DNA of 64,000 nucleotides, from positions 62,001 to 126,000 of the IMG/VR virus record IMGVR_UViG_3300022698_000267. The stretch is one strand, 5' to 3'. Below the pieces are notes generated by a model. The model was not told the origin of the DNA and searched no databases. It saw only the letters and a program-made list of their open reading frames with translations. Shown here piece after piece: positions 11,049 to 22,029 of the stretch. Numbering within the stretch: the stretch's first letter is position 1; every line of letters starts with the position of its first letter. The translations under genes were made by a program, and so were the position numbers.

Positions 11049-11528
11049 ATGACAGATTACTATAGATTACAGAACGATATGACTGGAAAAGATGAATTAC
11101 ATTACCCAATCGGAGTTTTTATTCATCAGATAGATCTTCCTAAAGAATTTGAAGATAGAATATATGGAAGGCTAACAGATATTCTTGTTTCTGTAATAGA
11201 AACTTATCCAGAAATGAAAGATGGACATTTTGATATCTTTACCCCAAGTCTATATCAGTTACATGATTTTGTAGATCAATTAGATAATGTAAAATTGTCC
11301 TATGTGGATGACATAAAAGATTTTGACTTGAATCCATCTTTGTTAAGTTTTCATGTCTGGGCAACGAAAGATTCTTTAGAAAGCTGTTATAACGTTTACA
11401 GATACGTTACAGATAATTTTGGGTTACATTCCACCTTTGAAGTTCTTGGAACAGAGAAAGACCAGAAGGAGCTAGAAGAGATTGCTAGGAAATATAGACT
11501 TTTACAAAGTACTGGAGCCAATAACTAA
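11049..11528 (+). CDS. Hypothetical protein
   Basis: SD AGGAG; TACTAAA motif upstream. Confidence 0.7.
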   Translation: MTDYYRLQNDMTGKDELHYPIGVFIHQIDLPKEFEDRIYGRLTDILVSVIETYPEMKDGHFDIFTPSLYQLHDFVDQLDNVKLSYVDDIKDFDLNPSLLSFHVWATKDSLESCYNVYRYVTDNFGLHSTFEVLGTEKDQKELEEIARKYRLLQSTGANN

Positions 11529-13245
11529 TGTTGGTCGTTCGAAAGGTACTAAGAAAGTAAGGAAACCAGAAACAAAAGCTCCAAAACAAGGAAGACCACG
11601 AAGGGAAAAGTCAGAACCACCCACCATTTCTCAGAAAGTATCTGGAAAATCTAGATTAATTCCTACGCCGATTTCAACCTCTTCTGGACATGTCCAAAAG
11701 TATTGGGTAGATGTCAATAAAAATCTTAAATCTAAAATTAATACAATAAGAGGTGCTGATAAAGGTAAAGAGGGTCTTCGGGATGCTAGTTCTTCTGGTA
11801 TAAATAATATTGTAAAGCAAGCAAGTAAAGATTTTATTGGGCAGGCAAATATTCCAAAGATTGTTGATTCTCTTAGACCAATACAAGGCAATTACTTTAG
11901 AAGATCGATAAAAGAAGAGCCTGATGTTGAAACATTTAGTAAATCTTGGGCCTATAAACCAGGATCTTCTTACTCTAAAGAGGTTTTTTCTCCTACCGGA
12001 AGGAGATCAGGGGTTACTTCTAAACAGGTTCATGACAAAGTCACTAACAAAACTAAAGCACAGAAGCATGTATATCGATATGAGCATACTTTAGATACTG
12101 GAGAAAGTGTTAAAGAAAGTGCTTTAGAAGTATTTAAAAGACATAATGCCGGAGGAGCAACAGATCAAGAGGTGGAGGCTTATGCAGCTTTAACTTTAAA
12201 TATGGCTAAAGATTTAGGTTGGGGAATGCCTGATGCTATTATAGTTCCTCCAAAGACCCTTACACCTGAAGCTAAAGAGAGAGGAGAATCGTCAAGCCAG
12301 AAGGATTCTCAATCTTTACACATTAGGGTTGCAAAGACTCTTTCAGAAAGAGTTCATATGGCTGTAGATAAAAAGACTGGAAAGCATTATGATGGACTTG
12401 AAGGTCCACAGAAGATTGTTAGTGGTGAAGCTGATCATCGACAGATTGCATTTGATCCAGATTTGTTAGATCCAAAGGATGCGAAAGTTCAAAATATTGC
12501 AGGTTGGGCTCATAAAGATGATGTAATTCCTTGGAGTAAAGATAAAGCAGAAAAATTTGAAAGTAACATGCGACAGAGAAGTAGTAGATACAGAGTTCCA
12601 GCTGCTGAAAATATGTTTCGTCAGGTTATGGGTGTTGGTGGAGTAGATAAAGCTGGAAAACAGAAATTTGATCGTGGAAGTCCAGAAGAGAGAGCAGCTT
12701 TAAAAGATCAACGTGATATGATGGAAATTCAACTTGGTTTGGATGAGAAACAAGGACTGAAGAGTGCTTGGATTTTAAATCATAATTTAGATACGGGAAG
12801 CACATTATTTGCTATGAGTAAAATCATGGAAGAGATGGGCATAAAAACTGAAATCATTGGTTTATTTGATATGAAGAATTCTACAAATAATCTAAAGTCA
12901 GAGTCTACAGAAGCTTTAAGTGGAAAAATTGCACAAGGGAAGGGACAAGCACAAGCTAGAAAGCAGGGAAAGGTGGAATCTAAAGAAGGTACAGATATTT
13001 GGATTACTCAGGATTATTTTAGGAATGTTGAAAAAAGAAATCTTCAAAGAGATGCACTCAAGAAACAAAAAGAACTTCAGCAGAAGGCTGCACAACGTGC
13101 TGTTAAAAAGATAGAACCAAGAGTACAGAGAAAAGTTGCGTCTATAGATAGTGGTGGTGGAGGAGGTGGAATGACTGCTGCACAAAGGCAAAAGTTACAA
13201 AGAAAATTGCAGTTCCAAGAAGACAAAAGAAGACGTGGTTTTTAG
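11482..13245 (+). CDS. Large basic protein with a degenerate phosphoribosyltransferase-like domain (putative virion-packaged protein)
   Basis: DAIIVPP and WILNHNLDTGSTL..M..IMEEMG..TEIIGL resemble type I PRTase core; K/R-rich termini; start uncertain (TTG). Confidence 0.45.
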   Translation: MLGNIDFYKVLEPITNVGRSKGTKKVRKPETKAPKQGRPRREKSEPPTISQKVSGKSRLIPTPISTSSGHVQKYWVDVNKNLKSKINTIRGADKGKEGLRDASSSGINNIVKQASKDFIGQANIPKIVDSLRPIQGNYFRRSIKEEPDVETFSKSWAYKPGSSYSKEVFSPTGRRSGVTSKQVHDKVTNKTKAQKHVYRYEHTLDTGESVKESALEVFKRHNAGGATDQEVEAYAALTLNMAKDLGWGMPDAIIVPPKTLTPEAKERGESSSQKDSQSLHIRVAKTLSERVHMAVDKKTGKHYDGLEGPQKIVSGEADHRQIAFDPDLLDPKDAKVQNIAGWAHKDDVIPWSKDKAEKFESNMRQRSSRYRVPAAENMFRQVMGVGGVDKAGKQKFDRGSPEERAALKDQRDMMEIQLGLDEKQGLKSAWILNHNLDTGSTLFAMSKIMEEMGIKTEIIGLFDMKNSTNNLKSESTEALSGKIAQGKGQAQARKQGKVESKEGTDIWITQDYFRNVEKRNLQRDALKKQKELQQKAAQRAVKKIEPRVQRKVASIDSGGGGGGMTAAQRQKLQRKLQFQEDKRRRGF

Positions 13246-13363
13246 CCATACTGCAAGAAGTGAAAACTCTCCTTTTTAATATCCAAATCTTGTAAACTAC
13301 TAGAGTGAATTTTCAACCTTTTAAAAATCCTCTTTCTACTAATAATATTAAAGGAGGAGTAAA

Positions 13364-13729
13364 ATGGATATCCATATTCAAGGTTTAGTTGTTCGAGTTG
13401 ATGAGAAGAAAAACTCGTACATGGATGGACTTTTCAAAGGATTTCGAGTTAGGGTGGTGGATATAGATCAGGATTTCTTTCAGAAGTTTGGTGTGGATAC
13501 TCCAACTACTGATGATTTCCACTCTTGGTATGCAGATTCTATAATAAGTCCAGCAGAGGCTATTGGAAATTTTGTTTTAAAGATGACTGGAAATCATCAG
13601 TACATTGATAATCATGTAAACCCGGAAGAAGATCCTGATCTGGAGCCATATCATGACGAAGAGGAGGATTCAGATTTAATTGTGATTTCTAAAAATCCAA
13701 GACCAATTAGTGGAAATCCTTTTGAATAA
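13364..13729 (+). CDS. Acidic hypothetical protein
   Basis: SD AAGGAGG; D/E-rich C-terminus. Confidence 0.7.
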   Translation: MDIHIQGLVVRVDEKKNSYMDGLFKGFRVRVVDIDQDFFQKFGVDTPTTDDFHSWYADSIISPAEAIGNFVLKMTGNHQYIDNHVNPEEDPDLEPYHDEEEDSDLIVISKNPRPISGNPFE

Positions 13730-13737
13730 GGAAGGAA

Positions 13738-14160
13738 ATGAAAAAAAGAAAACCAATTCTATGTTTAGATTTCGATGGTGTGATTCATAGTTATACAAGT
13801 GGATGGAAGGGAGCAGATATTATTCCTGATCCTCCAATGGAGGGAGCATTCGAAGCAATAACCGATTATAGTTATAGATTCGATGTTCATATATTTTCAT
13901 CACGTTCACATCAGGAAGGTGGTATTGAGGCTATGAAGAAATGGTTTATTCATTATGGATGGCCAGTCGGCCCGAGTGGAGATCCATTAAATCTTTGGTT
14001 TCCTACATACAAGCCTCCAGCGTCGGTCACACTAGACGATAGAGCCCTGACCTTTGCTGGGACATTCCCAAATACAGAAAATCTAACAGAATTTATCTCA
14101 GCTAAGAAGACAGGAATTTTCGATAAAATTAAAGTCGCTGTTTTAAAGTCGCTGTTTTAA
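13738..14160 (+). CDS. HAD-superfamily phosphatase
   Basis: LCLDFDGVI motif I, SSR motif II, KP..LDDRA motifs III/IV. Confidence 0.85.
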   Translation: MKKRKPILCLDFDGVIHSYTSGWKGADIIPDPPMEGAFEAITDYSYRFDVHIFSSRSHQEGGIEAMKKWFIHYGWPVGPSGDPLNLWFPTYKPPASVTLDDRALTFAGTFPNTENLTEFISAKKTGIFDKIKVAVLKSLF

Positions 14161-14177
14161 AGTCGCTGTTTTAAAGT
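14129..14177 (+). repeat. 14-nt tandem repeat TTAAAGTCGCTGTT x3.5
   Basis: Read directly; spans the HAD stop codon. Confidence 0.95.
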
Positions 14178-14898
14178 ACGAGGTTAATGATGCCTGTCCA
14201 AAAGATGATTGAATTAAATATTAAACTTGTTCGAAGACTTGCAAAGATTATAGGTCCTAGTAGTGCTGCACAGGCTGCTTTGAATAAAGCTGAAGAACTT
14301 GATAATCCTAGATTTTTTAGAAAGGGAGATACTATCATTGTTATTGACTCTTCCATTCTAGAAGAAAATTCTTAGAGGTAGTTTAATGCAATGTACTTGG
14401 AAAGATTGTAAAGAAAAAGCAACAAATCCACAAATTGCCAAAGATGGTGAGCAATGGGCAAATCTTTGTGACAAACATCGTAAACAGTTGGATGATTCAA
14501 TTGGTAAAGATCCTTCTATTATGTTATGGGCTTGGACTAAAGCAGGTGGTGGATCTGAAAAAATGGCAAATCGCATGATGAAAAAGATTGATCTTGTCAT
14601 GCTGGATAGATTATTGAAAAGGTTAAAGAAATGAAATGTCCAGATTGTTTTTCTGAGAAGTATAGTGTTATAGAAACTGATCCAATTATTATGTCTTGTG
14701 ATGATTGTCATTCCTTTCATTCTGTTTCATGGTCTATAGGATTTTGGATCGGTTATTTACAAAAGGGAAATGAACTTTTAACTGCAAAATGTTTTGTCTG
14801 TGGTAAAGAGTTGAAAGTTAAAGTTGAAGATTTTGTATTAGCTGACGCCGGTATAAATCCAATAGCATGTTTTGAACATGCAAATAAGGAAGATATAA

Positions 14899-15156
14899 AT
14901 GAGAGTTAAAACAATTTATAGAAAAAATTTAAAAATGTCGGTTGGTAAGATAGCAGCTCAGGTTGCACATGCTGTTATTGGTTTAGGAATAACTGATCCT
15001 CTTTGTACGATAGTTGTGCTTGGTGTAAGTGATAAGAAGTTCTTTGAAATAACAACGGAAAAGGAGAATGTTTACATTCATAATGACTTTGGTTATACAG
15101 AAGTTAAAGAAGGAGAATTCACCTGTGCTGCATGGGTAGAGGAAGGAGTTTATTGA
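14899..15156 (+). CDS. pth2: Peptidyl-tRNA hydrolase type 2-like protein
   Basis: RKNLKMSVGKIAAQVAHA signature, IVVLGV, and DFGYTEV..G..T (variant of DAGxTqi..GxxT); shorter than cellular Pth2. Confidence 0.75.
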   Translation: MRVKTIYRKNLKMSVGKIAAQVAHAVIGLGITDPLCTIVVLGVSDKKFFEITTEKENVYIHNDFGYTEVKEGEFTCAAWVEEGVY

Positions 15157-15157
15157 A

Positions 15158-17013
15158 ATGGACATATTACCGGTTTCACACGGTGACAGAGATTCAAAAT
15201 TACCGCATTATGCAGTTGTTGACTTGGACAAGTTTCCGGAAGGATCCACTTCTATGTCGGTATTTTGGAAAGTTCCTTTTATAAAACGTGTAAAATTGTT
15301 GTTTACCGGCAACTTGGAAACCAGTTTCCAAGCTAGTTCAGTTCCAAGCATGAGGATTGATACATAAAATGAGAACTTACTACATAGGATTTAATGACTA
15401 TTTCCATACAGCATCAATTCATTTGAGTGAAGTTTCAACTGGTTTGTATTACCTTTACATGCTTACAATGTGGATTTGTGATAAGATTCCAAGTATTCCA
15501 TTTCCAAAATGTATTCCCTGGAAGAGTTCAGAAGGTTGGATGTCAATGAATGAATGGTTTGGTGATTTACAACAATGGTTTCATATGGTTGTTTGTGAAT
15601 CTGTTGCTAATTTTTCTTTTAAACATACCAAGTCCATTATAATTCCTTTACCCTATGGATATTTAGAAGAGTTATTTCCTGAATACTGTCAACATAGTTC
15701 AGAATGGGATGATGACGATAGAATGTTTCGACAGCTATCTAAAGAACTATCTTGGAAACATACAGATGAATTCAAACAATTTTTGAAGAAACTTGGTTAT
15801 GAACACATCAAACAATTATGCGATTCACAAGTTTCTTGGTACGAACGAAAGATGAAAGGATCTTAATGAAAGACTATGAAATGAAGCAATGTAAACTTCG
15901 AAGGGGTGATGTCATCACCACTACTTGGATACCTATTAAATTTGCAATCAAAGGAAAATTTCTAAAATTAAAAGATGAAGGAATATGGACCAATGGTTGG
16001 CAGGTTATATCAGTATATGGACCAACGAAACTGTACAGTGATGTTAAAGAAAGAAGTCAGGAGTACAAACATAATCGTTCTATAACCGATATTTAGATTC
16101 TAAATTCTTAGAAAATACTAATATTAATTATAGTTTGCTAGAATACAAGGAATATGATGATGACTGAAGAAGAACTTATTCTATTGGCCCAAATACGAAA
16201 AAAGGTAAAAGAAAAGCCAGATTTTATCAATGTCATAATGGCTACGGCAACTCAAGGAGTGGTTGATGCAGTGGATCAATATCGTGAGATGGCAGCTGAT
16301 ATGGAAACTCTTGCTTCAACGGCTATATTCATGGCAGGACAAAAAAGAGTTACAAAGAAAACCAAAGAGAAATTTGAACAATTAGCTTTATCCAAATTGA
16401 CTAAGTATGAAGACAAAACTTTCTTTAAATGGGATTGGGCTTTGAAGGATAAAGAATGTTCGAAGGAAGAGTAAAATGTTTGCAAAAGTTTCTACATTTG
16501 AAGAACAGTACGAACAGCTTTCTCAAAAATACAGAGGACTTCGAAAAGAAGATTTAGAGGAATTAAATCCTTCGTATTCTTGTGTTCTATGTAAAAAGTT
16601 TGCAGTGTGTGGAAGGATAGGTCGTGCTTGTTTTGAAGCTGAACCAATGACAGAAGAACAATTTTCTTTGACTTACAATTTCGAGGGGTTTTAATGTGGA
16701 TATACAAGACAAAATAGAGCAATGGCTTGATAGAAACGTGCCTAGATGGACGAAAGAACAATTTAAAGAGCTTGTTTCATTGTTTCGTAGTTGTGAGTCT
16801 AGGACTAAAATAAGAATTTCTGGTCCTATAGTTAAAGAAGAAACTCTGGCTGATATTCTGTTAAATTTGGCTGACTGTTTTCAGAAAGCAGGTGGTGCGA
16901 TTCCATCGCTGGAAGTTCTTAAAGATCAAACAGCATGGGAATTCATTCGTATTATTGCACCTAATGAAATTCGTTTTCATGTAAAGGAAAAGGATCAAGA
17001 AGATAACCAGTAA
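15158..17013 (+). CDS. Run of small hypothetical genes
   Basis: Six closely spaced + ORFs; no recognisable motifs. Confidence 0.55.
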
Positions 17014-17073
17014 TGATCCAGACATTTAAATGTGGTGGATGAATTCACTATGAAAAATAATAAGGAGCATGTT

Positions 17074-17973
17074 ATGGAACTGACAGTTTATGGTTGCAGG
17101 GGCAGCATTCCAACACCGTCAACAAAGGAACATAGCACAATTATATATGGAGGAGACACGACTTGTTTTAAAGTCTCTTTCGAAGGTCTCAAAACTCACC
17201 TTATTCTCGATTGTGGTTCCGGAATGCGTCAATTGGGAAATGATTATATTCCTAGTCATGTTCTACAAGGCAATCCAGTACAAGCAGTCATTTGTTTGAC
17301 TCATTTTCATCACGATCATATTCAGGGAATTCCTTTCTTCGCCCCACTGTATATGAAGCAGAATCATTTCCTTTTTATTGGTCCTGTTTTCGATGGAATT
17401 ATTGGTGAGACAAGGAAACAAGTGCAGGATTATCTGCGACATGAACAACTGCCTCCATTTTTTCCTGTGTATCATGATTGCATGCCCTCCCAGAAAAAAT
17501 ATTTGGATGTTATTCCTGGTGAACAAGTTTTGATTTCACCAGATCTTATGGATTCATTTGATTTCTCATCTTTTCATGATAAAGTCGAGATTACAACCTT
17601 TGCTTTGAATCATCCGAATGGGGCTTGTGGTTATCGAGTAGAGTATCGTGGAAAGGTCATTTGTTTCTGTGGTGATCATGAACATTTAGGCTCTCCTTAT
17701 GTGCTATTTGAAAAATACTGTCAAGATTCTGATCTTTTGGTTATGGATGCTGCATATACTGAAGAGGAGTATATGAATTCAAACAATCCTAAGCAGGGAT
17801 GGGGACATGGAACAATTGGTAGTTGTATTGCTGAAGGGGAGAAATTAAATGCGAAGCAAGTTATGCTTTCACATCATGATCCTTTACATGATGATGTATT
17901 TCTTGCTAATGCTGAGGATAAACTTCCAGAAAATTTCTTCTTTGCAAAACAAGGAATGGTAATAGACATATGA
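17074..17973 (+). CDS. MBL-fold metallo-hydrolase (RNase Z / cyclic-nucleotide phosphodiesterase-like)
   Basis: GCRGSIP, LDCGSG, THFHHDHIQG, HP..ACGYR, GDHE, WGH, SHHDP; start at ATG 17074 with SD AAGGAG. Confidence 0.9.
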   Translation: MELTVYGCRGSIPTPSTKEHSTIIYGGDTTCFKVSFEGLKTHLILDCGSGMRQLGNDYIPSHVLQGNPVQAVICLTHFHHDHIQGIPFFAPLYMKQNHFLFIGPVFDGIIGETRKQVQDYLRHEQLPPFFPVYHDCMPSQKKYLDVIPGEQVLISPDLMDSFDFSSFHDKVEITTFALNHPNGACGYRVEYRGKVICFCGDHEHLGSPYVLFEKYCQDSDLLVMDAAYTEEEYMNSNNPKQGWGHGTIGSCIAEGEKLNAKQVMLSHHDPLHDDVFLANAEDKLPENFFFAKQGMVIDI

Positions 17974-19105
17974 GAGGGCGATATCCACAACTTTTTCCAA
18001 AATTAGAAGATTTATGGTTTCAAATTGCCGTCGTTTACCTAATCTTGGTAGCTTTTGTTTTTATTCTTTTCTTTAGTCTTTCATATGGTTACCGGGCCTA
18101 TCGAACGAAGAAATTCACTGGTAAAGATTGTGATTGGAAAGGCAGGCTTAAAAAGCGTTTCAAATTATCTAAGTTCAGATTCGAATGGGGCAGATGGTGT
18201 TATATCATTCATCCTATTGAAGGTGGAACACATATAACTTGGTGGGAATGGGAGAAGTAAAAGGAGGATACAATGTTTATCGATAATCGAGAAAATCTTA
18301 GAAAAAATATTGAATTGATTCAACGGAGAATGTGTTCTTACGATAATTTTTCATTTGATCCAGAATGTGAACCACCCAGATTTTGTGATTGTAAGTACGG
18401 TGCTAGTGGACGTGGAGAACAAACAGGTTGTCCTGAATTGCGTTGTATGTTGGTTCTTCTTGAAAATATGACGGATGAAGAGTTCTCAGAACTTGTTAAC
18501 AGAGCAAATCCACATATTATATTGAAGGAGTCAGACGATGAAACTTGAAGAATGTCCAGAATGTGAAAGTAGAGTTTTGAATAGGAGATGGTGTTCAGGT
18601 CGTAGATTACAACAATTCTGTGAAACTTGTGGATGGGAGGGTGAAAAAGAAATTCCAGAACAACGAGAAATAGAAACCACCAAAAGAGTAATTGTGAATC
18701 ATCATGGTGGTTTTCAATATACCATTTATGACAAGTATGGACATACTTATATGTATTCTAAATCTTTTGTTGAAAAAGCATTGGCAATAGAGGAATTAGA
18801 AAAGGATTTAAAAATAGGTGAAAATAAAGATTATGGACCTTTTACAGCAGTTCTATGGCCTAGATTTGTAGAGGTACATGGAGAAATTTTTACCAAGACA
18901 GTTCCAAAACCAATTGTGAGAGTACCTCCTCAACCTTACTTTTCTTGCGAAAGAATGAAATTTTGCAATGATAGAAATAGTTCGAATTGTAATGAAGAAT
19001 GTGTCGATTATGTCAAGAATACATATTGATAGATTCTTTGGGTTGAAAGAAATCGGAGAAAGATGCTACATGTCCTGGCTTCATAGACAATGTTCGAGGA
19101 GATAA

Positions 19106-19402
19106 ATGTTGAATAGGCGAGATTTTATAAGAAAGACCATTATAGCTTTGTTAAGTCTTCCTTTTATCACTTTACTTTCAAAGAAAAATGTAAAATTTCA
19201 TACAATAGATGAGAATCTTTCTGTGGGTTTTCCAGAAGCAGAAGGAACTTATTCAATAAGTACTTGGGTAAAACCAGTTAATGGAGATTGGAAACCTATT
19301 GATTTGAAATTTCTATCTGAAAAGAAGAAGACTTATATTCTTCAAAAACTCCTTAAATTCAAAGGACATGTGGATTCTATTACTGTATGGAGGGAGGTAT
19401 AG
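19106..19402 (+). CDS. Protein with twin-arginine (Tat)-like signal
   Basis: MLNRRDFIRK followed by hydrophobic TIIALLSLPFITLL. Confidence 0.55.
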   Translation: MLNRRDFIRKTIIALLSLPFITLLSKKNVKFHTIDENLSVGFPEAEGTYSISTWVKPVNGDWKPIDLKFLSEKKKTYILQKLLKFKGHVDSITVWREV

Positions 19403-19932
19403 AATGTCTTGGTTCTACAGAAGAAGTAATAAAAATGTCTACATTCCCTCTTTTCAGATGGATTGTGACCATGTTCAACATCAATGGTTGAGTCTTCTCC
19501 ATTGGAAAATGCAGACAGTAGTTAATCAAGGCCTCCGTGCTCCAGATACTCATTTCTGTAAGAATATCAAGACTGTCTGTCGATGGATGAGGAGCAATAC
19601 TTTACAAAATGCAGACGAACATCACACTTTTATGTGTAGAAAAGCTGACCTTCCAGACATAGAAGATATTGAAAATGAAATCAATTACTGTTCTGTTCAT
19701 TTTGCTACCCATTTTGTATATGCTTTGGAGATAATTGGTTACAAACATCCTCATGCGGCTGTTAGAGATGTTGCAATGAATTACTATCGAGGTATTGTTT
19801 CTGAGTTATGGCATTTTAATCTTGAAACACCTAAAGAATTGGAAATAAGATTGGCTGATGTTGGAAGAGTTCCAAAGGTTCAGAAATGTCCAGCCAATGA
19901 ACAAGACGACCCTTATTTAAGGAAATAGCATT

Positions 19933-20505
19933 ATGAGAGAGCAATTACCACAATTTGATCTTGGAGCACATATCAATATCCCTAAAGATAAACAAATTTT
20001 TACTGAAGAAGATCTGCCGGCCATCATCCTTACCAATCCGAAGTATCCTCATAATGTTGGAGCTGCTGTTCGTGGAGCATCATGTTATGGTGCTAAAACA
20101 GTAATTTTTACTGGAGATAGACTCCTTACTAGTCTAGCCTTGGTTTCTAAAACCAAGAAGGGTTGGCGACTTCCAAGAGAGGAGCGAATGAAGGGATACA
20201 AAGACGTCAGAATTTTCAATGATGACAAACCATTCAATCGATTTCCAGCAGATACCAGTTTCGTAGCCATTGAGGTTAAACCAAATTCCGAATGGCTCCC
20301 GAATTTTGCACATCCAAATAAAGCAGTTTACATTTTCGGTCCTGAGGATGGTTCAATACCATCAGTTTATTTGCGTCATTGTCATCGATTTGTCATGATT
20401 CCAACTAAGCATTGTTTGAATCTTGCTGTTGCAGTGAATACTGTTCTATACCAAAGGAATTGTTCTTTCGGTGTTGTAACAGCGGATGATATCGATATGA
20501 TCTAA
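19933..20505 (+). CDS. SpoU/TrmH family RNA 2'-O-methyltransferase
   Basis: NPKYPHNVGAAVR, YIFGPEDGSI, IPTKHCLNLAVA SPOUT motifs. Confidence 0.9.
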   Translation: MREQLPQFDLGAHINIPKDKQIFTEEDLPAIILTNPKYPHNVGAAVRGASCYGAKTVIFTGDRLLTSLALVSKTKKGWRLPREERMKGYKDVRIFNDDKPFNRFPADTSFVAIEVKPNSEWLPNFAHPNKAVYIFGPEDGSIPSVYLRHCHRFVMIPTKHCLNLAVAVNTVLYQRNCSFGVVTADDIDMI

Positions 20506-20519
20506 GAAAGGAGATTTTT

Positions 20520-21695
20520 ATGGACAATACAATCGATGTTTGTTTTACCTTTGATACTACTGGATCAATGTACCCTTGTCTAACACAGTTGCGACGATAT
20601 CTTAGTGAGACCTGTGAGCAATTATTTAAAGACATACCTGACCTTCGGATAGCATTCATTGCCCATGGCGACTATGATGATGCACCGTACACGTATGTAA
20701 CCAAGGTCTTTAACTTTTCCAGAGACAAGAATAAGATTGTCAATTTTGTTCGTACAGTTGGTCCGACGGATGGATATGACAGACCAGAATGTTACGAGCT
20801 GGTCTTACATAAGGCTAGGACTGAACTTGATTGGCGATCTGGTCGTTCCAAAGTTTTGGTTATGATTGGTGATGATGTTCCTCATGGTCCAGATTACAGG
20901 AAAAATCGTGATCGTATTGACTGGAGGAATGAATTGGGACTTCTTCTTGAAGCACAAATCAATGTTTATGGTGTGCACTGTATGCCTGGAACCAGATGGC
21001 ATTCTAAACCTTTTTATACAGAGATTGCTAAAAAAACTGGAGGGTTTTACCTGACTTTAGATCAATTCTCTTATATTCGTGATTTGGTTATGTCCATTTG
21101 TTATAAGCAGGAAAGTCCTGAGGCTTTGGATCGTTTTGTAGATGAGATTAAAGTTCAAGGTCGTATGAATCGAAATCTTGCTTTTTCAATCAGTGTCATG
21201 ACCGGAGAAGCTACATATTCGGAAGAGGAGGAAGTGTACGAGGCTCCAACATACAAAAGACCTCCAAGAACAAGGAAGTATGCTTTTGAAAAGGATGGAC
21301 TTATACCTGTTCCATCTGGTCGTTTTCAGGTTCTTCCTGTTGATGATGAATGTACAATCAAAAATTTTATTGCTGAGCAGGGTGTATCATATGAAAAGGG
21401 CCGGGGATTTTATGAACTGATAAGACATGGCAGAAAAAGATACAAAGTACAACCATACAAAGAAATTATCCTTATGGACCGTGAATCTGGTGATCTTTTT
21501 ACTGGTGCAGAACCAAGGAAGATGCTGGGTTTACGTCCTTTCATGGCTAGGAGTGATTACAAAGGAGAAGTATACGATACTTTACCTCCTAATCAATTGC
21601 CAAATTATCGGGTATTCATTCAATCGACATCTTATACCAGGAAACTTGTTCCTGGAAGCAGCTTGTTATATGAAGTGGAGGATTGGAAATACTAA
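20520..21695 (+). CDS. vWA domain protein with conserved C-terminal domain
   Basis: FTFDTTGSM MIDAS, GDYDD, ECYE, IGDDVPH; C-terminal GRGFYE...FIQSTS..RKL. Confidence 0.85.
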   Translation: MDNTIDVCFTFDTTGSMYPCLTQLRRYLSETCEQLFKDIPDLRIAFIAHGDYDDAPYTYVTKVFNFSRDKNKIVNFVRTVGPTDGYDRPECYELVLHKARTELDWRSGRSKVLVMIGDDVPHGPDYRKNRDRIDWRNELGLLLEAQINVYGVHCMPGTRWHSKPFYTEIAKKTGGFYLTLDQFSYIRDLVMSICYKQESPEALDRFVDEIKVQGRMNRNLAFSISVMTGEATYSEEEEVYEAPTYKRPPRTRKYAFEKDGLIPVPSGRFQVLPVDDECTIKNFIAEQGVSYEKGRGFYELIRHGRKRYKVQPYKEIILMDRESGDLFTGAEPRKMLGLRPFMARSDYKGEVYDTLPPNQLPNYRVFIQSTSYTRKLVPGSSLLYEVEDWKY

Positions 21696-21723
21696 TTATA
21701 TCTATAACTATCGGACTAAAGAC

Positions 21724-22029
21724 ATGCAATTTCAAAATGTTACGGATTTTAAAGATTATTTTAAAAGATCTTTTGGAGTGTTTCAAGATCTATATCCACA
21801 CGATATAGATAAGCAGATTGATTTGGCTTTAGATGATACCTTACGGATGGAATTCTTGGGAATCGAGGTTTACTGTACAAGTTGTGGTTGTCCTCAACAA
21901 GCAGATGATATTCTTTGTTATGAATGTCAGGAAACATTACTTGTACCTAAATGTGATTCTTGTAAAGCACTGATTCCAAGATCTTTATGTTGGAATTGTT
22001 TTAAGGTTGAATCTGGAATTCAATCCTAA
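21724..22029 (+). CDS. Zinc-ribbon protein, paralog of 5310..5699
   Basis: FKDYFKRS..F...P....KQIDLALDD shared with 5310; CxxC pairs; start moved to ATG 21724. Confidence 0.65.
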   Translation: MQFQNVTDFKDYFKRSFGVFQDLYPHDIDKQIDLALDDTLRMEFLGIEVYCTSCGCPQQADDILCYECQETLLVPKCDSCKALIPRSLCWNCFKVESGIQS

